Source of the DNA: Zygnema circumcarinatum SAG 698-1b | Taxonomy: Eukaryota; Plantae; Zygnematophyceae | DNA length: 64,000 nt | NCBI GenBank assembly: GCA_037447605.1 | Contig: CM074809.1 | Coordinates: forward strand, 2,532,689-2,596,688 | Direction of reading: 5' to 3' | Shown: positions 50,950 to 62,000 of the stretch, piece by piece | Numbering within the stretch: position 1 is the stretch's first letter | How the letters are laid out: each line of letters starts with the position of its first letter | Position numbers and translations under genes: made by a program | Notes under the pieces: generated by a model | The model's input: only the letters and a program-made list of their open reading frames with translations | Told to the model about the DNA's origin: nothing | Databases searched by the model: none

Positions 50950-51065
50950 ACCAGCTGCCAACCATTCGAATGGTTCGGAAACGTGGCAATGGTTGGACGT
51001 CCAACCATTGCCATCCAATGGTTGTCCAATGGTTGTCCAATGGTTGCCGATCCAATGGTCCGACC
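50950..51065. repeat. Degenerate CCATTGG/CCAATGG array with (TCCAATGGTTG)3
   Basis: gacgtccaaccattgccatccaatggttg-tccaatggttg-tccaatggttg-ccgatccaatggtccgac; homologous to 41873-41918. Confidence 0.8.
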
Positions 51066-52844
51066 TGTGCAATTTGATTGTTTGAGGGGAGGTCGTTCAT
51101 GCAGGGATACAGTACCCCAAGCAGCTGGAGGGGGTCCAGCGACAGAAGTGCTGTGACTGTAACCAACCGTTGGCACTGCCCGGCAAACAATGGCAAAACA
51201 GACTATGTGAAGGCTTACTTATTGGATGGTTCGACCTGTGCATCGTGTACGTGTGCTGGCCGCGGCCCATGGTACTTGGACCGTCACCTTCTGGCATTCA
51301 GCAATTAATCATGGTCCCATGGAACCACATTGGTCCACGGGCCATAGGCTGTATGTGGCTCTCAGGCTTGGGCCGGCATGCGAGATGGGGGCATTCTTTT
51401 CGATTTTCCTTTTCCAGTTCTTTCTATTGTGTTCTGCTTGCATTTATTTCACTAACTTGCACTTACCTAGTCTCCACTTCACAACTTTCTTTTTTACTGA
51501 TTTCTTTATTCTTATCCAGGGCCTGTTAGGAGGAAAACTGGCTCATTTCACAGCACGAGTCCACCATGTGAAGAGTATGAGGCTCCTGATTGCACCTGAA
51601 CATTGCAAGCCGCCTCAGTATATAGAATCTATATGAAGCTCCAAACCGTTCAGTAAACAGACAGAACACAGATCCGTTTGCTGCAGGGACAAAATCGAAT
51701 AAGACAAGCCTGCCCTTCAGGCAGGGGACAAGGGACGGCTTCCCATCAAGAGCGCCCAAAAAAGAAAGGCACATATCCGGTGCAGGTCTGGGAAGCCTAA
51801 GGGGGCCATAATCAGACAACTTCGCAATTCCTTCCCTCCTCCATCACAACTGTTTCAAAGGAGGCCCATATTCTTGAAATGTCATTTCAAAAGGGAGCTC
51901 GCGATATCCACTTCGAATCCAAACCGGTCTTCAGACTAATGATGGAATCGTAGATGAGGGTCTAAATGCTTGTCCTGCACATGCATCACAACAATAATTG
52001 CTTTGTCAAAAAAAAACAGGAAGTAAAAGAGACAATCGCCAATCCCTGACTTTTTTTTAATCTGTAGCATGAACTTCAAAGCTGAACCAGAATGACTAGA
52101 AATTTTAGAAACCTGCACGAAATTGAATCGCAGTCAACATGGCACATCTCCTACAGCCATTGAACAGAACAATCAAAAAATAGCTTTCCTGGAGGAAAGT
52201 GGCCAAGTAGCACCACAAGCTTCCGTCGCACTATACTCACCTAAAGGATATCCTCTCCACCCTGCTGAAAGGTAGAAAGAAGTCCGGTAGAATTAGACAA
52301 TGGGGCATCACATAAAGAAAGAAGCAGCGTACCTCAAATTAGAGAAGATGCACCGATTGAAACAGACGGCAGCCTTCTTTTTGCGAACTTGGTGCGAGGT
52401 CACATGAGGCTATGCTTTTACAGGGCTTCTGCAAGATGTTGAATATGGAGAACGCCAAGGAAAATAAGGTTATTCATCTAAAATTGTACCGCCGGAGAAA
52501 GCTACTTGCTATTTGCAGTTTGCTGTTTGCTGCATCCACCATTCATGAAGTGTTGAGAGTTAAAGCGATACGAGCGGTTGCATCAGGACAGCTTGATCCC
52601 CGAATCACGTGTCTTAAAGGATGCTACGACTGCAGTCACTGAGAAGTTCCAAAGTGGCGCAAGTAGGCACGACTGAACTAGCTTTATGTCAGACCTTATA
52701 ATCTGTATATGTGCACTTTGTACAGCGGCGCGCCTTCGGGTAGTGTCTGCTTCTTCTGTCTGCATGTTAGGGTTGTCTTTGAATCAAGGGATACCCCATT
52801 GTTGATGTGGCCATTTGGACTATGTGTGCGTGCACACACATGCG

Positions 52845-54950
52845 TTAACTCCTATTTCCTGTAGCGTCCGCTTCACCATCATCATCCTCCATTTCTTCTT
52901 CATCTTTAACTGGACCTTCATACTCCTCGCTATCGTCTCCATCAGCAGAATGCTCCTCGTCCTCCTCACTCCTGTTGCCACCATCCTGCTGCTCTTCATC
53001 GTAATCTTCGGCATCCTCACCACCATCATCTCCTCTATAATCCTGTCCACCATCCATTTCTCCGCCACCATCAATTTCTCGGTCTCCATCCCTATCCGAG
53101 CCAGCTTCAACCTCTTCTTCAATCACCTCTTCCTCCAGTTTTTCATACTGTGAACCTGCTGCCTTTCCTTGCAACCCAGTTTGTACCGTGTCGATTTCCT
53201 GCAGGCACGTGTCTTCAAGAGCCACATCCGCCCATGCTGCTTCAAACCCCTCGTCCTCAAATCCATCATCAGAAGCTTCCTCCTCCTCTTCTTCCCTCTC
53301 CGCCCTTCCACTTTCCATGTGTTCAGGTTCCACCTTTTGGTTCGCAGAATGCCGTCCCAAGCTTGCAACCTCGGTCTGTCCAGCACTCTGCCTCTGCCTC
53401 TCAACATCTCGGAGCTCCTTTTCCCCTCCTGCACGTTCTGCACTTGTTTTACCAGCCAATTGCTCCGTCGGTCCTCCCCCAATGTGTACATTTAACGGCT
53501 CTTGTAAACTCCGACCCTGTCCATTAACCGGCAGCAATCCCGACTTCTTCCCCTCCTCTTGACCAATATTCACACCGTCTTTCCGTACATTGTTTATTGG
53601 TTCCGTCTCGTCATCCTCCAACAAATATGGGCTGGTTCCTGTCCCATGTCCACCACCTCCACCTCCTCCTACAGCAGAAGGCACTTCCTGCTTCAAACTT
53701 TCAACTTGACCTACCATTCTCTGAGCCTGCTGCACTGTTTCCCAAAGCCTTCTGGCATCTTCCTTCTCTTTTAGCTCCTTTTCCTTTTGGGCCAGGTGGT
53801 TTCTCAGATCACTTAACCTCTCTTTCTCATCATGCAATTGAAATTGGGCAATCTGCACCTGCTCTTCGCCTGCCATCTCCCCGATTGCTCGTCGTTTCAG
53901 CACAACATTGTAGCTTTCTATAACTCGCTCAGTCTGCCCCACGAAGGACAAGCTGCGACTATGGACCAAGTCAGCCCAGGCTTGCCATTTTTCAGCTAGT
54001 GAGCGCTTAAGGCCCGCGTCCCCCATGGACGTACCAGGATCAACTTCCTCTGGATCCCATTCCGCCAAGACATGATATGGCAGCAACCTGCAATTCCCCT
54101 TTCAGATTTAGGAAAACTCGAAAACAAGATGAAGATGGGATTTAAAGCCGTTACTGGACAAATTTCCCGCACCAGATATGTCACAAAAACGAATTTCCAC
54201 TGCAGCGACAAGGATTTGTCTTGTGGAATTGCATGGCAAATGCCAGTAGTTGAGACTAATAACTTTTCAAAGTCGAAAAGCCTGATGGTTTCCATTACTT
54301 TAACCATTATGCTACCTGGAGCACAAGGCCCTAGTCCATTAAGAACCTAAACATGCTGCTCATTACCATTGTACATATGAGGCAAGCAGCAAGAATTTAG
54401 ATTCGAAGGCAGAGTCTGCGAAACAGCGAGCTGGATCGCAAAATAAACTAAATTACATTGAAGATAACACAAAGGCAAAGGTTAATCGACGTGTACTTTG
54501 AAAACTAGCACAGGTATTCAGAGAATGAGTTGAAGCACTTCCCAAACACACATCCGCCGAGCTCTGAACGTAGGGACCTATAATGGGAATCATGCTTCTA
54601 ATAGTACATCTCAATTAAGACAGCTAAATATTATTGCATTGCTCGCATATCAATGGCTGACGAGGCCTTTGTGTGATGTTCACTACGTCCTCCAGTCACT
54701 GTGTTGAATGCATCTCAGACCGGCCAAAAACAAACAGTTATGATGTCAAACCAAGTCTCCCTATCACTTCAAATGCTATCGTCTCGCTCGAAAGACATAC
54801 GCGCTGGATAATCATCTCACACCTTTCGCATGCATCCCTGAGGCTGCCGAAAGGTCGCTTCAAGTCCGGCGCAGCAGCACGCTTCAAGTCCTCATAGGCC
54901 AAAGCAACCTCCCTGTCCTGCGGCCCCGCCGAGCCGCTTACAGCTGGCAT
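52845..54950 (-). CDS. GLTSCR1-domain protein, BRIP1/2-like SWI/SNF subunit, with acidic C-terminal half
   Basis: Exons 54950-54823 and 54087-52845 splice to LAYEDLKRAAAPDLKRPFGSLRDACERLLPYHVLAEWD, followed by KRRAIGEMAGEEQ and a coiled coil. Additional 3' exons near 52750-52340 are possible. Confidence 0.82.
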
Positions 54951-55145
54951 TGCGGGGAGCTGTCACTCGCACCCTCCCCTCTCCTCCATGGCAAGCTCTC
55001 CCGAAGTTTTAGTTGCTCCTTTGTTAGGGAGGTGAGCCACTATGCACTACTGCTCCGTGTCCCGGTGCAGTGCAGCTCGCGAGCGGAGGGCGAGAGACAA
55101 AACGAAGCGTGTGCCCACTGTGCCGTGAGGCAACCCAAATTTGAA

Positions 55146-55161
55146 TTTAGGGTTAGGGTTT
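55146..55161 (+). repeat. Short telomere-like TTTAGGG-TTAGGG (telo-box) motif
   Basis: aatttagggttagggtttgg just upstream of the S66 coding region. Confidence 0.6.
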
Positions 55162-55222
55162 GGATTACGGTACTGCCATCATGGCCGTGTGCAGGTGGAG
55201 GGGAGGATGCTGAGTGCGGCAA

Positions 55223-57995
55223 ATGCTGTCTTTCGCAGCCATGATGCTTCCTCCACCAGTTCAGCACGGAGATAGAGTAAGCGTCGTTGCTCCAGCAGGA
55301 CCCGTCCAAGCCGACCTCCTGGCCTCTGGCATAGCCGTTCTGCAGAGCTGGTGAGGAATTGATTTGCCAATATCTTGCTCCAATTATTGCACCTTGATTT
55401 TAATTGCGTTTCTTATATAGCAGCTCGTGTTGCTTTCATCCCTGAAAAAGGTTCGAAAGAGTACCCGAACCTTGATACCCGTGCAGGGGGCTTCATCCAG
55501 TAGTCCATGAGCAGGTGCATCGCAAACAGGCTTATCTGGCAGGGCCTGATGAAGCGCGAACCAAGGCATTGGTGGAGGCCTTTACGGACCCCACAACGAC
55601 AGCTGTCATTTGTGCCAAGGGTGGATATGGCTGTACAAGGCTTCTTGTGCTGTTGGAGGAAGAGGAGTTGGATTGCCAAAATTTGTTGAAGAAACGATTT
55701 TTCGGCTTCAGTGATATTACGGCTCTTCACTGGTGGGAGGTCGGCATCAGAGAAAACCGTCCTAATTTGTGCTTCTGCTGATAGACTGAAATCCTTAAAG
55801 ATTTCCATCCAATTTGTGGATGCGGTTTAGGCAAACGTAAGAGAATTAATCTCCTGAGCGTTCTTGCATGGATCGAATTGTAATGCATGATATTTGTATC
55901 TATGAAGTACCCAGTTAAGTCCGTATAGACTGTCAGCAATAATTGTAGACAGACTTTCTGTCTTTCGTAAGTCACTAGCTATGCCTTCAGAGGAACATAC
56001 TGTCTCTTGGAGGCGTATCTTCCTGCTTGTTTACTCCTGTTTCCTTCAAGTGCTTGTCTTGATGTGCTAAGCAACCAGTGCAGAGGCGCCTTTCTTGAAC
56101 ACTGCATTCAAACTCCTAGCTTAAATTCCAGTAAAGCTGAACAGTTCGAATGTGAAATAGGAAAGTTGATCTAAGTTTTCCTTAGTAACAGCAGAATGTC
56201 TCTGCGTTCAGTTGGTTGCACAAAGTCCTGCCGGGGTACCATTCATTTCATTCGCCAATGCCTGCGACCTCACTGTTCACTGAGGGCAGCAAGGCGAGCA
56301 AGCTATCACTGCGTGCAGCACTCTTTGAGCCAGAGCTGAAGTTCGCCTGTCCTCCTTTGCAGGTACATGGCCATAAGCTTGTCTGTGATTTGCAATTATC
56401 CGTAAATTAAGCTTGAAGTGAAATGCCACATGTAAGTTGCTGTTTGTTCTTTCGCTGAGTCTACTGTCGATAGCTGAGAGGGACAGGTAGTTAGAGGTTT
56501 TCTTGGCAGATGCATTTGCTTCATTATCTGTGGCTCTCCCTGTAACACTTAACCACGAACTATGATTGAGTTGCAAACTGGCACCTTCGATCCGAGAATG
56601 CTTGCATGTATAACTTGTTGTATGGAAGGCATGGTATGATGTTTTTAGATGCGTGATGTAGCAAACCATTATGATTTGGATGTCTCAATTACCATAGTGA
56701 GACGTTGAGAAAGCATGCATATGTCTGCTTTTGGAAAGACGGCCTGCAAGACTGCAGGCTCGTCCGCTTTTCTCCTCCTATACTGCATTTGGGCGGCTAC
56801 TGTATGGAACGATGGAGCAAGCAAAATTTGAATAAGCGATTGTGTTTCCTAGTGTCCAAACATCCTTTCGATTCTCTGATCTTATTTCTCCACTAAGCTC
56901 AAGATGGATGAGCAGTTGATCTTGGCTAAAACTGCACCGAAAGCTTCGTGATCCTGGTGACAGCTCATTCTGAGCAGACAGATGGATGTTTCAACAACTC
57001 GCCGGAATTTGTGTAACGATTCTCTGGCACTGTATGGAGTAATGAGTATCGGGTTCTGTTGAATGCAGGGCCAATGCCTGCAGATGGGCCGCGCAGCAGA
57101 ACATGGCGGCATGGTGCGCGGCCGACTTGTCGGTGGAAACTTGTCATTGGTCGTCAGTTTGATCGGAACACCCTGGCAGATTGACCTGCAGGGCGCTATC
57201 TTGCTTCTGGAGGACGGTAGGACAGCTGCCATCTCCCAACCTCCTTTATGTGATAGTGGTTCTCCACGTTTATTAGTATGACCCAGTGTCTCGAGCAACC
57301 TGATTTTGAAGACTTGTGATTTATTCATAGGTTGCAGTTTCTGTTGTTGAGGTTGGCAGTAAATGAGGACATATATCGAGTGGACCGCATGTTCACACAG
57401 TTGGTCACTGCTTCTGGAGGAGTAGGAGCCTTGGCGCAGTGGGGCGGTCTTGCTCTCGGGGACTTCACTGGCATTGCCGCAGACTTGCAAGGTGAGAGTT
57501 GGGTACATGAAGTAAGCTGGCTGGGCTGCAGACTATGGTTCTTCCTATGGAGCATTCAGAGAGAGTATTTGAACTCAGTCCAAACCTTTCGCACAGGTTT
57601 CTAGGTTGTTCTTATGGCCGCATTGTTAGCCTAGAAGTAGAATTCCGCTCATAGGTTTTTTCTATTGTCTTTAGGTCCTTTTGTGGCCGGTTCCTCTTGG
57701 TTCCCCATGTTCACTTTGTTCATGTACGTTTGATGGCATCACCATCGCAAAATTCATTTCTCTTTAACAACTGTTGGCTTCTTTATTGTCGTCAGAAAAT
57801 ACGAAGGCTGCAATGCAGGATAATTGCGAGAGAGACCTGGAAAGGTGGTTCTGGCTCTCTCAAATGCGGCTTCCTCCAAGCCTACCAGTGATTTCAGGTT
57901 TGCCTATCGGACACATAAAGGACAACAGGGTGGTGCCCATAGGCGCCGTGGTAGAAATGGATCTCAATTCCGGCACATTGCAAGCTGCATTATAA
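55223..57995 (+). CDS. Peptidase S66 family LD-carboxypeptidase (LdcA/MccF-like), 6 exons
   Basis: Exons 55223-55350, 55487-55732, 56212-56362, 57069-57216, 57360-57491 and 57796-57995 are all phase-compatible. GDRVSVVAPAG, AKGGYG, GFSDIT (Ser), GGNL, LLLEDVNE (Glu), LPIGH (His). Start uncertain (55223, 55241, or an upstream exon from 55051). Confidence 0.92.
57635..57755 (-). mobile_element. Fold-back repeat family B, single arm inside S66 intron 5
   Basis: Reverse complement gcgatggtgatgccatcaaacgtacatgaacaaagtgaacatggggaaccaagaggaaccggccacaaaaggacctaaagac aligns to 26001-26090. Confidence 0.65.
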
Positions 57996-59007
57996 CTGGG
58001 TCGACTCCATTGTTGCCAGGGATTTATTCGACGACAACACCGGAATAATGTGAAGCGTAGTTTGATTTTTCAGACTACAGTAGTGACATGGAGAGACCAT
58101 TCTATTTGTTCAAACTGTATTTCCAGGCGAAGCTTATGGTTTTTTTTTGATGTTGTACCGTGGTTTTCTGTGTCATTTCCCGATTCATAATGGTCAGCTA
58201 ATGATATCTTTATGGTTCTGGATACTTGGCATGAAGCTTCTCAACAGAAAACGGTGTTTGTCCTAGGGTAGGTTCAAGCACCACCTGCGCACCTAGGGCA
58301 CTGAGTGCCCAACATTGAATGCAGGCTTGTTGCTTGAAAGGTCGTCCATGTCATTGCTTTTGCAAAGCTGTTTCATTCGAGTTGATACGTATTCGCTTGC
58401 TGCGCAGAGACTGAATATATCATTACATAACGTAATGTAAACACTCCAAGCCCTCGACCCAGGCACAAAGGAGAAAGCAACTTACAATAGGATAAGCATG
58501 TTTGAAATCACTTGTGCAGTGCTTGCGTGGACTCACTCGTCAACAAGAGACTTACGAAATAATTTCTTTGCCTTTGGGGCAATACTCTCACTTTCCACAT
58601 CTGTTTGGCTCGCCTAATGGACAAAGAGAGAGAGAAGAGTAAAACGGACAAGGAAGGAAAGGAAGTAAGAGAAAGGACGTTAGTAGCATTTTTATTTTTG
58701 TGATGGTTTTGAGACAGCGCTGGCGGGAATTGTCGATATAGAATTAGATTAAGCTATTATGGAGCTTGTTCACAATCAAAAGTTTTGGATTCGTGCTAAC
58801 GAGCTCGTAGTATTAGAAAGCCTCTAAGCATTAGTTCCCTACCTTTCTGAAAAGTGAGGGAAGTGATGCCCATAAGCTTTTCCGAGCATGAGTATCACAA
58901 CACGGCCCAACATTACGAGGTGTGGCAGCCGTGTGCTATCTCAAGGAAACCCTTATTCTGTTTGCCAATGTACGCTTGCGAATGCTCCAGCGAGGCATGC
59001 AGGATTG

Positions 59008-62000
59008 TCACACGAGCCCAAACCCTTCCGAATTGTTGATTGCAAGGAGTAGTCTTTCTCTCAACTGCACACATCGAAACAAGAGGCCCAGCATTTCACT
59101 CGAGGCTCGAAGGGAAGGGGGAGGGGGGCGGGAGGAGGGGTGAGGGGGGAAGGGGGGAGGGGAAAGGGGGAAAGGGGAGGAGGGAGGGTGAAGGGGGGCG
59201 GGAGAGGAAATGGGGGAGGGAAACGGGAAGGGGGGAGAAACACTGCCTTTTTATTGAACATTTCCTACATCCCGAACTCGAGCTCTGCCACCAGTCACAA
59301 GGACAACTCACTTTTCCACGGCTACTGTACTCGGGAAGGAGAAGATGATTGAAACACGTGTGGGATGTAGGCAGCCTTTCAGAGTCTGGACCTGTGAGCC
59401 AGCACCCACCAGCGAGCTTGAGATGCAGGCAACCTGTAAATTCCAAAAAAAAAAAATTGACTTTCAAAAAAGTCCCCCATGGAAACCTGGAAACCTGTAT
59501 TTTAGCTACTGCAGCTCTGTTCCACTTTGCTGCACTACTCCAAAGCATTTGCACTTCACTTCAAAACAGCATGAATGAATACACCTTGGCGAAAGATGAC
59601 AAAGGGCAGAGCCGCCAGGCCCTGGATAGGCGCACGATCGCTCCCTGTGGCAAAACTCAGCAGCTGTCTCTTTTGCTCCTCAGCAAGGCCGTGTATAACC
59701 TGTTCAAGACAAGGAGACTGCTTCAGTTGACAGCAAGTCATGCTACATCAGGGACTGGAGTACATGTCACCACTCTATGGGCCAATGCCCGATTTCGCTT
59801 TCATTTAAATAGAGAGTCTCCAAAAATCCCGTTATTCAATATAATGCCCTTCCTTCCTCACCATTTTCTCCGGAGTGACAAAAGCGTCTCCAAGGAGACA
59901 AAGACTAATTATAAATCCATTGCAAGCCAATGATTGTCAACAAATTCAGCTGAGGATGAATGCCTACACTCAGCTGTGCAGCTGCAGAGGAGCAATCACC
60001 AGATCAGGGACGAGAGCACTCTTGCAACAAAACATCACCTTTGGGTTTGAGTATAGATGTTTGCAAGCTGATCGTTTGCACTATGGAGCAAGGTATCACT
60101 CTGGTTTCAAGCTTCATCTAAGTTATTATTGTGCCTCACTGGATTCAGTACTTTCAAGCTCAGGTCTCCCTCCCAGACATTACTCTGCTTTCAGTTCGTG
60201 TAAAGCTCTCGGGGCCACACAGATAAGGGCAGTTACCTCCCAGAAGTCCTTAATGATGGGTGAATCTTTGGTATAGCCCCCCTCATAGCGGGTCGCTCGC
60301 TCCCTGCATGCCGTGCAAGCAAACATGCACCTTGGAGAGTTAGCATGTCTCAGACGGCGTTGATCGTTTGTGAACTTGTCCATAAGCGAGGACAACGACG
60401 AGATTGTGAACTACAAAATGAGCAAGAAAAACCACGGCCTTCTCGTGTCACTCAAGCTAGTGCAATCTGCCTATAACTAGAGGAATACTCACATCGACAA
60501 GCACTACATTTAAGATCCTGACCTACAACTTGACGAATGAGGATGCAATCCAACAAAGAGGCGAAAAAAAGCAGAACTTGGAAACAAATACGAAGCTTAC
60601 CTTCACAGCAGGAACACCAATGGAGCAAATAGGGCACTCACAGGGCCAGGAAGTCGAGAGTAGCGCTACCACATATGAGAAGCCGCAGCTCTTCGGGTCG
60701 CAACATTTGCAGTACACGCCCACCACAAATGCGATGGAATCCTCGACTGAATGCTGCAAATGGCTGCTCTATGGCTTCGTTTAGATAGTACTGCACACAG
60801 CCCGTTCGCCATAGCCATATCAGTGCTTTGTTGGCTTTTAGCACAGCCGCAGCCCAACTCTGCAATATTGCAGTACACAATCATGTGCAGATAGGCATTG
60901 AGGAGTCTAGTCTTGATCTATGGAGGTCAGGGTCAGGCTGATGAAAGGCAATGTGCACACATAAAATCTTCTTGCTACTAACTGAGAAAAACACAAACTA
61001 CGGCGGCAGATACAGAAAAGAAAAAAAATTTAGAATCGAAGTCACTGCCTAAGAATAGCCACCTAGTCAGCAAAATAGTAAAGCAGACTGAAGTCTCCTC
61101 AACGTAGAAAGCAACCTTTTTGAAACCAAATAGGTTCCTCTACAGCTTCCTACAAAGGTTCTTTGGCCATCACAATTGAAAGCAAAAGGTGAGCAGGAAG
61201 TGGGAGGCTTACATTCACACAAAGGTCCACATATTCCTGCCTGTTCTCTGCAGTGACATTTATGTTGCTTCCACCTTCCTTCAGATCTACAGTGCTAGTT
61301 TCCCCAAACATGTCACAGACTGAAATCTGAAAAGCCCGCATATATACATCCTGCATGGGAAGTCCATGGTTCAGCTACATGTGTGCAAACGAATATGGAG
61401 CCATTTAAACAGCCTACGCTGCTCCCATCATGCAGAACTGGAGGACAGGACTATGGTTGGGCTCTATGAGCACACATGCTCACATTCGATCTACTGTCCG
61501 CACAGGAAAACCACAACTCCTTGTTAAGAGCTTCAGAATGTTTTCTAGGTTACGGAGCTGTTGGAAGAGTCCGTTCCGACTCCTTGGATCACCATTTTAT
61601 GAAGGGCATCGGATATATTGGACAAATGCAAATGCCACTTCCATGCCTAGCAGCCCAGTAAAGGAGGCAGTAAGTGCTGCAACTGCATTCTCATTTTGAT
61701 AACGCTACACAATGTTAATTCACCTACTTGCACATCCCCTTGGAAGCTCAGCAAATCTTTGAGGCCCCTTGCCAATTGAGGATCGACCTGCAAGCAAGAG
61801 CATGAAAATCAGCGGCCCCACTTCAGCCCATGCCACGTAGAAGGGTGGATGTGGGACTAACAGGAGAATGTATAAATGGACAGTTAGATGGATAGATAGA
61901 CGGAAAGACGTAAAAGGAGAGGCGGATCGACAGACGGAGGACCATGCATATCACAAATAAGGTTAGCAAAATAGTTAAGTGGGAGGGGAAACAGATAGAC

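Noticed and set aside
52340-52760. Possible extra Cys-containing 3' exons of the BRIP-like gene
   Set aside because: Requires a weak donor just before an in-frame stop, and the peptide matches nothing I recognise; left unannotated.
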